From contig CAWJKZ010000013.1 of the NCBI GenBank assembly GCA_963843575.1, positions 256,001 to 320,000 of the forward strand: a stretch of DNA of 64,000 nt, given 5' to 3'. The stretch's first letter is position 1; the number at the start of each line of letters is the position of its first letter. Source of the stretch: an uncultured Acidobacteriota bacterium. Lineage in GTDB: Bacteria; Acidobacteriota; UBA6911. The position numbers and the translations under genes are program-made. This document shows, piece by piece, positions 25,823-36,481 of this stretch. The notes beneath the pieces are model-generated. The model worked only from the letters and a program-made list of their open reading frames with translations, made no database searches and was not told the DNA's origin.

Positions 25823-28519
25823 TCAGTTCAGCGTTCTTACCAGGCGTAACCCCACATAGCCGTAACGGTCGTCGGACCGCTGGTAGCCGTAAGAGTAGCG
25901 ATGGGCCAGGCGCATCAGGTTGGCATCGCCAACATAGGGATTCGCCGAGCCCCCACGCGCCATCCTGTTACTGCTCGCGCCGGATGTCCCGAGATAATCG
26001 GTCACGGTCCCGGATGGATAGTAACCATCCCGATCCCAGCACCACTCCTCGGCGTTGCCGTGGACATCCTTGAGGTTCCAGGCGTTGGCCAGCTTCAGGC
26101 CGACCGGGTGGAGCGAGCCGCCGGAATTAGCGCAGAACCAGGCCACCGACTCCAGGGCCGGCAGCGCGCCTGCGGTGCAGCTGGTCTTCGTGGTGCTGTT
26201 GAATTTGGGCTCCTCGATGTGGAAGGGGCCCGAGCTGCCGGCACGGGCGAAGTACTCCCACTCACCCTCCGAGGGTAACCTGTAGCCGTTGGCGCTGAAG
26301 TTGCAGTAGATCGGATCGGACAGATAATTCGTCGCGTCGATCGGGGTGCGAAAATCGGCGTCCTTGTAGTAGCAACGCGTCAGACCGTTGCGCGCCGAGA
26401 GCAGGTTGGCGAAGAGGATCGCCTCGAACCACTTCACGCCGTCCACGGGCTCGGACATCGAGTGCGAGGTATCCAAAGGGTCGGCAGGGAGCGAGGGTTG
26501 TGCCGACCGCAAGTCCGCCCACATTTGCTGCGTTACCTCGGTCTCCATCACCGCGAAGCTCTTCGACAGGATGTGGGTGAACTGCGCCTCGTAGGAACTG
26601 TGGCCTATCTCCCCGCTGGGCGATCCCTGGGTGAATCCCGCCGACCCCGTGGCCGGGACAAACCGCATGTTGCCCACGATCCCATCAACGCTGTGCAGCC
26701 CTCCTCCCAGCCCTTCGGCGACCTTGACGGCCGTTATCGTCTGGCCCGACCTCGGGCAGTTGGTGGAACTGATCGTCAGGGTGCCCGTCATATGGGTCGA
26801 GTCTGTGAATGAGCCGCTGAAACTCAGGCCGCCCGAGCGCAGGTCGATCCGACTGGCCGATGTCGGGAGGCTGCCGATGGAGATCTTGCAGTTGTTGCAG
26901 TCGGTGGCGGAGACCTTGTAGGTGTGGACGAAATCGCGGATCGAACCGGAACTGTCCACGTTGAACGAAACGTCCGTCCCCTTCCAGCTTCCCCGGGTGG
27001 TCTGCGGGGTGGCGTCCGTCGTCGTGTGTGGCGGCACCCCGGTGTATTGCAGGCCGGTCGCCGTCATTTCCATTCTCAAGACGGTCATGCAGATGTTGGC
27101 CCCCGCCTCGACGGCCAGCGAGCCGACAAAGCCGTCCGGTATGCCGGAAAAAATCCCGCCCGCGCCGCAGAAGAACAGGGCGCTCTGTCCCGTGTATGGA
27201 ATCGTCTGCTGCTGGACCTGATTGCCCGCGGAGTCGTAGAGGGTGAACTTAACCTGAAACCCCGTGCCGGCGTAGGAGACGAAAGCCAGCCCCGTGTTCA
27301 CCATCGCCGATTTCTCGACTGGCAGCGTGAATGACCGGCCTTCGGGACTGTGGGCGATTCCGATCGAGTCGATCAGTTTGTTGCTGAACACATAGTTGTA
27401 GAAGAACGCCGTGGCTATCGAGCCCATCGGACTGCTGTCGCTCTGGATCGCGAGATAGCCGGAACGCACCTGGCTGTCGCCGACAAGGACGTATCTAGCC
27501 GTCGCCTTCGGTCCCAACGAAATGTCGAACGATGACGAACCGGTCATGTTGATGCTGTTCAACGTCCAGCCGCTGGACCAGGACTGGTCGTTCGCCCGGC
27601 GGAGCGTGGCCCGCCCCGCCCATATCGAGCTCGATTCATTCGAAACGATCAGGACCGTCTGGTACTCGCCCCCGAGGGCCAGCTGGGCGTAGGTAAATCG
27701 AGGGTCCGCCGACTGCGCGGCGGGGTGCGGCGGGAAACTCGTGTATTGCACGCCGTCGGGCGTGTTCTCCATGCGCAGGACCGTCATGCACAAGTTCTGG
27801 TCGGACTCGACGACCAGCGAACCGACGAACCCGTCGGCTATGCCCGGGAAGATGCCGCCCCCCGGGCCGGTGAAGAAGCGTGCGCTTTGCCCGTCGTAGT
27901 TGAGCGTCACCTGCTGGACCTGGCGGCCGACCCCGTCGAAGAGCGTGAATTTTATCGGGAAGCCTGTCTTTACGGAGGATACGTAAGCCAGCCCGGTGTT
28001 CACGCTGGCCGATTTCTCGGCCGCGAACGTGAATGCGCGGCCTTCATAGCTCGGGGGCACCCCGATCGAGTCGATCAGCTGATTCCCGACGATGTAATTG
28101 TAGAAAAATGCCGTGGCGATGTTGTTAATCGACGTGCTGCTCTGGATCGTCAAGTATCCGGAACGGGTGGTGTCGTCGCCGGCGAGGACGAACTTGCGGG
28201 TCGCCTTTGGGCCGAGCGAAATATCGAACGACGTTGAGCCCGTCTTCGCCGCGCCGTTCAGGGTCCATGCGGATGTCCACGACTGATCGTTTCCCTTTCG
28301 GAGGTTGGCCGTGCCGGACCAGGCCGTGCTCGACTCGTTGGAAACGACAAGGACGGTCTGGTACGACCCTCCCAGCGCCAGTTGGGCGTAGGTCAGACCG
28401 GCAGAAGTCTGGGCCTGATTGGTGTCGATCGCAAGACAAGCCAGTAGAATGGCGGACAGAATCCCCAGCGCTCTATATGCCACGGTACTCCTTTCCAGCC
28501 AGCGGACCGCAGCCATCAC
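25823..28519 (-). CDS. Secreted protein with two tandem ~225-aa repeats and a C-terminal FGE-sulfatase (SUMF1-like) domain
   Basis: Signal-like N-terminus; repeats TYAQLALGG...QYT..PPH at ~27724-28396 and ~27027-27697; ETEVT, YRLPSEGEWEY.ARAG, DVHGNAEEWCWD, RGGS, GLRLVR. Confidence 0.88.
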   Translation of the reverse strand: MMAAVRWLERSTVAYRALGILSAILLACLAIDTNQAQTSAGLTYAQLALGGSYQTVLVVSNESSTAWSGTANLRKGNDQSWTSAWTLNGAAKTGSTSFDISLGPKATRKFVLAGDDTTRSGYLTIQSSTSINNIATAFFYNYIVGNQLIDSIGVPPSYEGRAFTFAAEKSASVNTGLAYVSSVKTGFPIKFTLFDGVGRQVQQVTLNYDGQSARFFTGPGGGIFPGIADGFVGSLVVESDQNLCMTVLRMENTPDGVQYTSFPPHPAAQSADPRFTYAQLALGGEYQTVLIVSNESSSIWAGRATLRRANDQSWSSGWTLNSINMTGSSSFDISLGPKATARYVLVGDSQVRSGYLAIQSDSSPMGSIATAFFYNYVFSNKLIDSIGIAHSPEGRSFTLPVEKSAMVNTGLAFVSYAGTGFQVKFTLYDSAGNQVQQQTIPYTGQSALFFCGAGGIFSGIPDGFVGSLAVEAGANICMTVLRMEMTATGLQYTGVPPHTTTDATPQTTRGSWKGTDVSFNVDSSGSIRDFVHTYKVSATDCNNCKISIGSLPTSASRIDLRSGGLSFSGSFTDSTHMTGTLTISSTNCPRSGQTITAVKVAEGLGGGLHSVDGIVGNMRFVPATGSAGFTQGSPSGEIGHSSYEAQFTHILSKSFAVMETEVTQQMWADLRSAQPSLPADPLDTSHSMSEPVDGVKWFEAILFANLLSARNGLTRCYYKDADFRTPIDATNYLSDPIYCNFSANGYRLPSEGEWEYFARAGSSGPFHIEEPKFNSTTKTSCTAGALPALESVAWFCANSGGSLHPVGLKLANAWNLKDVHGNAEEWCWDRDGYYPSGTVTDYLGTSGASSNRMARGGSANPYVGDANLMRLAHRYSYGYQRSDDRYGYVGLRLVRTLN

Positions 28520-28840
28520 ATTGTCGGAATTGGTGGCTGGATCCTATATCCTTATCGGATGGGAGTCAATGATCCACACCCAAAGCCGTGAGAGATTTCG
28601 CGGAGCCCGCAATCCAAGGGGGGCGGACGGTCGGCGCGCCCCGGCTTCCTCAGTCGTTGCCTCTCCTGTCTCGAGCGTCGCTCTGCAAAGTGCGAGTGCA
28701 TCGCCGCGTTTTTTCCGGCTAAACGCAAAAATGACCCCTAAAATGAAAAATGAGGCCGGTTTTCGAGCTTGAAATACTGGTAAGCTGCTGTGCAGGGACG
28801 ATTTAACCAGGTCCGTCCCCGACATGGTACAATCTGGCCC

Positions 28841-31463
28841 GTGAATCGCAAACGCTTGTACCTCATCGACGGCATGTCGCACATCTATCGCGCGTACTAT
28901 GCCATACGCAACCTGCGCAGCTCCAAGGGTCTCCCGACCAACGCGATCTACGGTTTCACCTCGATGCTGCGCAAGCTCATGCAGGACGAGAAGCCCGATT
29001 ACATCGGCGTTGCCCTCGACCTGGAAGGGCCCAACCGTCCGCCACGAGAAGTACAGCGCCTACAAGGCCCAGCGCAAGCCCATGCCCGACGAGCTGACCC
29101 AGCAATTGCCCTACATCCGCAGGGTCTGCGACGCATTCTGCGTGCCGATGATCTCATTCCCGGGTTACGAGGCGGACGACGTGATCGGGACGCTCTCCCG
29201 CAAGGCGGCCGAACAGGGCCTGACCTCGATTGTGGTCACGAGCGACAAGGACATGCTGCAGCTCGTCGGCGACAGCATCCTGGTCCTCGACCCCATGAAG
29301 GACAACCTCATCCTGGACGCTGCCAAGGTGCAGGAGAAAATGGGGGTCAGACCGGAGCAGGTCGCGGACCTCCTCGGCCTGTGGGGCGACACGGTCGACA
29401 ATATCCCGGGCGCTCCCGGCATCGGCGAAAAGGGCGCGAAGGAACTGATCCAGACGTTCGGGACGCTGGAAAACTGTCTTCAGAATTGGGACAAGGTCAA
29501 GAGGAAGACCTACCAGGAGAGCCTGCGCCAGAATGTCGAACTCATCCGGACCAGCAGGGAACTGGCCACAATCCGGCAGGACTTGCCGATCGATCTCGAT
29601 CTGGCCTCGCTCAACGTCTGCGAGCCCGACCGGAAACTCGCATTCGAGCTGTTCTCCGAACTCGAATTCAAGAACCTGACGCGCGAGTTCCTCCAGGAGG
29701 AGGTGCGGGAACCGCTGAAGGCCGAACGACTCGGCGGCGCCGCCGCCGAGGCCTTCCTGCAAGGGCTGAGATGCCAGGACCGGGTCTATTTCGCGCTGGC
29801 CTATCGCCAGGCCGCCCTCTCCCGCAAGGCCGCGACGACCCTGTGCGTCCAGGGCGACACCGGCCCCGCGGCCATCCTCGATCTGCTGGACGACTCCGTC
29901 GCCCGAGCGTGGAACGGTCTCATGCAGCAGGATCTGTTGTTTGTCTGCTGGGATGCCAAGCTCTGCCGCCTGTCGCAGGAGGGGCGCCGCGTCTCTATGA
30001 ACGGCAGGGTCCAGGACGTGATGCTCCTGGCGTTTCTAACATCTCCCCACATCGGCGATTACTCCCTCAGGCGATGGGCGCTCGACCAGTTGCACGTCGA
30101 CCTGGCGGCGGAGACAGGGCAACGCGACCTCCTGGCCGGCCTTGACACCGAGGCGATCGGCGCGAGCCTCTGCCGCGAACTCGAGTCGATCCGCCGCCTT
30201 CATGAAATCCTGGAACCCCAGATCTGCAGCCTCGAGCTGCAGCCGGTGCTGGACAACATCGAGCGACCGCTCATCCCCGTCCTGGCAGATATGGAGCGGG
30301 CCGGCATAAAGGTCAATCCCGCGATGCTCCAGCAGCTTTCGACCCAGATGGAGAAACAGCTCGCGTGCCTCACCGAGTCGATACACGCCGCCGCGGGAAC
30401 CGAGTTCAACATCAATTCTCCCAAGCAGCTCGGGGAGGTGCTCTTCGAGAGGCTCAACCTTCCGACCTCCCGGAAGACCCGCAAGACCGGCGGCTACAGC
30501 ACCGACCAGGCGGTCCTCGAGGAACTGGCCCAGTCCTACGACCTGCCACGCCTCATCCTGGAGTTCCGCCAGATCTCCAAACTCAAGTCGACCTACGTGG
30601 ATTGCCTCCCCGCCCTCATCAACCCGGCGACGCGTCGCGTGCACACGTCCTTCAACCAGACCGGCGCGGCGACGGGAAGGCTGTCCAGTTCGGACCCCAA
30701 CCTGCAGAACATCCCGGTCAGAACGGATCTCGGGCGTCTTATCCGGGCAGCGTTTGTCCCGGAAGACGGCAATCTCCTCATCTCCGCCGACTACTCCCAG
30801 GTCGAGCTGCGGGTCCTGGCGCACCTGTCGGAGGATCCGGTGCTGATCGAGGCATTCCGGAACGACGAGGATATCCACGACCGGACGGCGCGTGAGGTTT
30901 TTACCGAGCAGGAGCGTGCCAACCGATCCGAGTGCCGGCGAATGGCCAAGGTGATCAACTTCGGGATCGTCTACGGGCTGTCGGCGTTCGGGCTGGCGCA
31001 GAAACTGGGCATATCGCGCGAGGCCGCGCAGACCTTTATCGACGCGTATTTCGAGCGGTACAAGGGCGTGCGGGCCTGGCTGGACCGGACCCTCGAAGAA
31101 GTGCGCGCGTCCGGCAGGGCGCGCACGATGTTCGGGCGCATCCGGCCCATCCCGGATATCCACAGCCGGGACTACACCACACGCCAGTTCGCCGAACGCA
31201 CCGCGGTCAATACTCCCATCCAGGGAACGGCCGCCGACATCATCAAAATAGCCATGATTCGAGTCCACCGCTCATTGCGGGATACGGGGACCTCCGCTAG
31301 AATTCTGCTTCAAGTGCACGACGAGCTGGTGCTCGAATCGCCGGCCCGCGAGGTCGATGGGATTCAGGACCTCGTGCGGCGCGAAATGGAAAACGCCGCG
31401 CAATTGCTTGTTCCCCTGAGAGTTGACATCAACGTCGCCGACAACTGGAAGGACATGAAATAA
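28841..31463 (+). CDS. polA: DNA polymerase I (apparent frameshift at ~29030)
   Basis: LIDGMSHIYRAYYA, EADDVIGT, DNIPG, TGRLSSSDPNLQNIP, ADYSQVELR, INFGIVYG, QVHDELV. Confidence 0.97.
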
Positions 31464-31531
31464 TCGGGAACGCGGCAAACCGGGAAGCGTTTAAGCATAT
31501 GGGTTTATGGAGACCGGGGAAGACGGGATTG

Positions 31532-32178
31532 ATGCCTGAGGCGCGGGGACGAGCGGTGGAACTCGACGGGTTCGAGGCAGGTCTGCAACAGGCCCCGTCC
31601 AACACCGACAATGACCTGGTACGTGATTTCATTGCCGGCAACGATGCTGCGTTTACCCAGCTCGTCACCAAGTACAAAGACGGCCTGACCAACTACCTGA
31701 ACGTCATGGTCGCAGACTACGACATCGCGGTCGATCTGTCCCAGGAAACGTTCCTGCGCGTCTACAAGAATATCGGAAAGTACAGTCATATCTATCAGTT
31801 CTCGACGTGGCTGTACCGTATCGCGACGAATCTCGCCATCGACGAGATGCGCTACCGGAAGAGACGAGGACAGGTTTTCTACCGAAACGTGTGGGGTGCC
31901 CGGCAGGGAAACGAATCCGACGCCCCCGAATTCGAGTTGCGCGACCGGCGCCGGGGTCCTGGCGACGAGGTGCTCCGCAAGGAGAGCTGGCCAAGTGCTC
32001 GGCGACGCCATCCGGTCACTGCCGGAGAAATACCGGACGGCTTTTATCATGAAAGAGATACAGGAGTTGCCCTACGAGGCGATCGCAAAGATCCTGAGCT
32101 TGCTCGGAAGGCACCATCAAGTCCAGGCTCCACCGTGCGCGTGAACTGCTGCAGCGGAAGTTGCAGCATTACTTGTAG
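31532..32178 (+). CDS. ECF (RpoE-like) sigma factor (apparent frameshifts at ~31990 and ~32100)
   Basis: AFTQLV, QETFLRVY, FSTWLYRIATN. Region 4 (LPEKYR...YEAIA...GTIKSRLHRAR) lies in shifted frames. Confidence 0.88.
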
Positions 32179-32204
32179 ACGGCACTTACTCGGGTACTGC
32201 GTTT

Positions 32205-32893
32205 ATGGATTGCCGGAGGTTTCATCACAACCTGGACGATTACCTGCAGGGGGGGCTCGACTTCGCGGGTCGCTTCGGCATGGAACGTCATGCGCAGCAG
32301 TGCTTCGGCTGCGGCAAGGATGTGGCCGACGCCCAGAAGCTGGGCCAGATGGCGCGGGAGTTGGGCAGGGTGAAGGCCCCACCGAACTTCGAAGCGGCCG
32401 TACTGACCAGAATCCAGGCACGCAAGGCCACGCGCAGACGCTACTGGATGCCCTGGATTTACCGCTGGGACTGGTTTTCCTGGCGCTCGGCCGCTGTCGG
32501 CATCTCGGTTGCCGCCGGCGTTCTGCTGGCCGTCCTCCTGACGCCATGGACGCCCTTCCAGAGCCGGCCCGCTTCTCCCGATTCGGCCGGCGGTTGTGGC
32601 CAAGGAGTCCGTCGGTGGCGGGAAGGGAATCGACAACCCGGCCTTCGCGGTGCGGCCGCCCGCGGCGAGGGAAGCCGACAGCCCGCTCGCGTTCTCCGAG
32701 CCCCGGCTCCCCACCCTCGTGGGGGAGGACACGCCGGTCCCGATCGATGCGGAACCCGGAGATGCGGGTTTTGTCGAGTACATGGTACCCGGGCCGGGGG
32801 ATCGTCCTGTGATCATGCGCCTGCCCAAGTCGGTGCGGATGCGCTACGGCCCGCCCGTCGGAAGAGTACTTCATGCGCAACGTGAGCCACTGA
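32205..32893 (+). CDS. Zinc-binding anti-sigma factor (apparent frameshifts at ~32590 and ~32855)
   Basis: MDC...HAQQCFGC (HxxxCxxC) followed by a TM helix; directly after the ECF sigma. Confidence 0.82.
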
Positions 32894-32900
32894 CCGCGCC

Positions 32901-34296
32901 ATGAGATACCAGGCCGAAGTGAAGAGCAGCAGCCTGGCCCACCTTGCTGGCCGTCGCGTTCTGCCTTGCCGCTGCGGGCGGCGCCCGGGGACAGGAAGGC
33001 GCACCCAACCGCGCCGCCGTGGAACCGTCGCTGGTCCGGGTCAATATCGTCTCCGAGATCCGGCTCCCGGGCAACTTCGAGGTCTACGGCAAACGCATAC
33101 CCGAGTATCAGCCCAAGATCATCCAGGTGTTCCCTTCCACGGGCGTGGTCATCGACGACAAAGGCCACGTGCTTACCTTCCTCGGCTACCGCTGGGTGGA
33201 TATCCAGTCGGCGGATCCCCGCATCGACATAATCACCGGCGAGGGCCGCAGATACCGGGGCAAGCTTGTCGGCATCGACCAGAGCATGGGTGTCGCCGTC
33301 GTCGTTTCCCCTGACAGCAAGCTCAGGAAGACGCCGCTGTGCCGGAACTGCGAGATCCGCGACGGAGCCACCGTCGCGGCGCCGGTAAACTCCGGGTCCG
33401 GGATCCCGGAATTCCGCAGCGCCCAGGTTCTCTCGGTCGCCGGCGCCCCTCAGGAGCCCGGCGTGTTCAGGTTTACCCTTACGTTCAACGGCGTGCCCGG
33501 CGTCGGCGAGCCGATCCTCAATACGGACCGATACGTCATGGGCTTCGTCGCCAGCCGGGAACCGGCGCGCGACGATGGGGCCGGGTCCAGCGTCGCTTTC
33601 TACCCGATCTCGCAGCTGCTGAGCTCGGCGGAGAAGATCCTGAAGGCGGGGGGCGACATCCGGACAGGCTGGCTGGGAGTGTACCTGGCAGCCGATCCCG
33701 GCAAAGAACGGGCTGCCTCCGGAGTCGCCGTCACGGCCGTCCAGGAGGGGAGTCCCGCCCAGAAGGCGGGCCTGCTCCCGGACGACGTCATCCTGAAATG
33801 GCACAAGACCGCCATCCGTGACCCGCGCCAGTTCATCCGCCTGGTCCAGGACACACCGATCGGATCGACCGTGGACATGGAGATCGTGCGGCAGGGTCGG
33901 CCGGCCACCCTGTCCGCCCTCATCGAGAGCCGGAAGCCCGAGGAGGCTATCCAGCGCCTCGCTCTCCGTTTCCCGGAAGTAATGCCCTTCACCGCCGCAG
34001 AAGCCGTCGATACGTCGTTGCTCGGGATCAACGCCGTGCCCCTGACGCCACAGCTTTCCGAGGCGCTGCAGATGCCCGGGCAGTCCGGGCTGCTGGTCGT
34101 GTCGGTCGAGCCGCAGACCCCGTTCGCGCGCGCCGGCGTGCTCGAAGGGGACGTCATCCTCTCCGCCGACGCGCAGCAGGTGCCCGACACCGGGTGGCTC
34201 GTCAGCCGCCTTAGGAGCCGCGGGGCGCGCGCTGCGGTCGTCCTCAGACTGCTGCGCAAGGGCGTCGAACGCGTCGTCACCGTCAACTTCCACTGA
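32901..34296 (+). CDS. HtrA/DegP-like protein with two PDZ domains, catalytic triad apparently absent (start region frameshifted)
   Basis: TGVVIDDKGHVLT trypsin-like pattern; GWLGV, GSPAQKAGL..DDVI and AGVLEGDVI PDZ motifs. Confidence 0.82.
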
Positions 34297-34523
34297 ACCA
34301 AGCGCGTCGGTCTGATCTGGAGTGCGGTGCCTCGGCGGCCTCGGCGCCGCTGTCACGTGCCCCTGCGGCCGGAATGCCCGGCGCCTCGGCGCCACGTCGA
34401 ATTGCGAGACGCAACCCGGCAACCTCGGCCTGCTGCGGCCGGCGCCTTCACTCAAAACCCGGTGCTTTTGACGGTCGCGCGGCGTATATTTCGGACGAGG
34501 GACGATCTTTCTGGAGGGGGGCG

Positions 34524-34934
34524 ATGGCCTACTGGTTGCTTCTCGCCGATCCGGCGTCATATGGATTCCAGGATCTGCTGCGCGACGGCAAGACGGTGTG
34601 GGACGGTGTCGCAGGTGCCGCCGCCCAGAAACACCTGCGCGCGTTTCGTAACGGGGACCAGGCGCTTGTCTACAACACCAGCCCGGACAAGGCCGTTGTC
34701 GGCGTGGCAAAGGTCGTGTCCGCCCCGTACCCGGACCCATCCGACCCGGAAGCGAAGCGGGTCGTCGTCGACCTTGAAGCGTCGGCGGCCCTGAAAGCGC
34801 CTGTACCTTTGTCGGCCCTGCGGCAGAACCCGAAGCTGTCCGGGATGGCGTTCCTCAAAATCCAACGTATCGCGGTCTCACCCCTCGGCGGCGAAGAGTT
34901 CGCCGAGATACTCGAGATGGGCCGGGGGCGCTGA
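34524..34934 (+). CDS. EVE domain protein
   Basis: MAYWLL..DP..Y, WDGV, GD.AL.Y, VVGVAKV; GGAGG SD. Confidence 0.85.
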   Translation: MAYWLLLADPASYGFQDLLRDGKTVWDGVAGAAAQKHLRAFRNGDQALVYNTSPDKAVVGVAKVVSAPYPDPSDPEAKRVVVDLEASAALKAPVPLSALRQNPKLSGMAFLKIQRIAVSPLGGEEFAEILEMGRGR

Positions 34935-34982
34935 GCCGGAAACCTTTTTGCCTTTTCTGGATCTTATGGGTATAGGCACGGC

Positions 34983-36407
34983 ATGCCGCTACGGAGGCTT
35001 GGAATGCAGCACCACAGAAAGTCGACGGGGATAACCCGCCCCGTCCGCTCACTCACGGCGGCCCTGGGCGTATTGCTGTTGTTCGCCCCGCTTGCGTTCG
35101 CCCAGCGGACTCGCATCAAGCCGGGTTGGAACCTGTTCAGCCCGCAGCAGGACGTCGAGGTCGGGCGCCAGGTGGCGCAGGACGCGGAACGACAGCTACC
35201 GATGCTGAACGACCGTAAGGTCGACGACTACCTGAACCGGCTCGGGCGGCGGCTGGCGCAGAAGGCGCCCGGCGAGAAGTACCCATACCAGTTCAAGGGC
35301 GTGAACGACCCGTCCATCAATGCCTTCGCGCTTCCCGGGGGCTTCCTCTACGTCAACCGCGGCACCATCGAGGCCGCGGACGACGAAGCGCAACTCGCCG
35401 GTGTCATCGGCCACGAGATTGCCCACGTCGCCCTGCGCCACGGCACGAATCAAGCCAGCAAGGCCTACGCCGCCCAGGCGCCTCTCGCGCTGCTCGGCGG
35501 CATCCTCGGCAGCAATTCGATCGGTGGCGTCCTGGCCCAGGTGGGGGCCGGGTTTGCCGCAAACTCCGTCCTGCTAAAGTATTCGCGCGACGCGGAAAGA
35601 CAGGCAGACATTATCGGGTCCCAGATCATGTACGACAACAACATGGATCCCCGGGCGATGGCGCAGTTTTTCGAGAAGCTGGAGGCCGAAGGCAAAGGGC
35701 GCTCACCGGAGTTTTTCAGCAGCCACCCCAATCCTGAGAACAGGATTACCCTGATCAATTCGGAAATCAGCAAGCTCGGCGGGCAGCGCAGCTACAGGAA
35801 CGACTCCAGCGAATTCCGGGACATTCAGCGTTACCTGCGCTCGCTCCCCGCTGCCCCGCGTCAGTCGACAAGCCAGACGCGGAACGCCTCCGACACCGGG
35901 GGAGCGATCAGGACTCCGGAGCGGCCTTCTAGCCGCACCCGGAACTACTCCAACAACGTCCTCGACCTTCGTTACCCGGACAACTGGCGGGTGTCGAGCC
36001 AGGGGGATTCGTTCACGATCGCGCCGGACGGTGGTATCGCCTCCAGCAACGGCGACGCCGCCCTGGCCTATGGCGTGATCATGGCGGTGTTCGAGTCGCA
36101 GGACAGCGGCAGCACAGCGCCGCGTCTTGAAGACGCGACCGACGATCTCATCGCCGGATTGCGGAAATCGAACACGAATATGCGGGTGACGCGGGAACGC
36201 GACAGGGTGAAGATCGGCGGACAGGATGGCATGTCGACGATGCTGTCGAACGAGTCCCCGGTCGGCGGACGCGAAACGGACTGGCTGGTCACGGCGCAAC
36301 GGCCCGAAGGCCTGGTGTACCTTGTCTTCGTCGCCCCCGAACGCGAGTATTCCACCTATCAGGCTGCGTTCGAAGCCATCGTCTCCTCGATCCGCTTCTC
36401 CAGGTAA
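34983..36407 (+). CDS. M48 family metallopeptidase
   Basis: INAFALPGG, GHEIAHV, YSRDAERQAD, SSHP; signal-like segment. Confidence 0.9.
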   Translation: MPLRRLGMQHHRKSTGITRPVRSLTAALGVLLLFAPLAFAQRTRIKPGWNLFSPQQDVEVGRQVAQDAERQLPMLNDRKVDDYLNRLGRRLAQKAPGEKYPYQFKGVNDPSINAFALPGGFLYVNRGTIEAADDEAQLAGVIGHEIAHVALRHGTNQASKAYAAQAPLALLGGILGSNSIGGVLAQVGAGFAANSVLLKYSRDAERQADIIGSQIMYDNNMDPRAMAQFFEKLEAEGKGRSPEFFSSHPNPENRITLINSEISKLGGQRSYRNDSSEFRDIQRYLRSLPAAPRQSTSQTRNASDTGGAIRTPERPSSRTRNYSNNVLDLRYPDNWRVSSQGDSFTIAPDGGIASSNGDAALAYGVIMAVFESQDSGSTAPRLEDATDDLIAGLRKSNTNMRVTRERDRVKIGGQDGMSTMLSNESPVGGRETDWLVTAQRPEGLVYLVFVAPEREYSTYQAAFEAIVSSIRFSR

Positions 36408-36471
36408 GGAGTGCGGCGCCTCGGCGCCATACGGGCTTGCGCCCTGCGGCGTCGTCGAGCCGCCGCACTCC
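36408..36471. repeat. REP-like inverted pair (GGAGTGCGGCG...CGCCGCACTCC) between convergent genes
   Basis: 11-bp perfect inverted repeat; family members at 13401-13438, 34313-34393, 40796-40820, 46232-46246, 48610-48710 and 61726-61754. Confidence 0.8.
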
Positions 36472-36481
36472 ACAGCTGGCT

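Noticed and set aside
25823-26050. Diversity-generating retroelement target at the C-terminus of the FGE domain
   Set aside because: No template repeat or reverse transcriptase is visible in the window. A remote DGR cannot be excluded.
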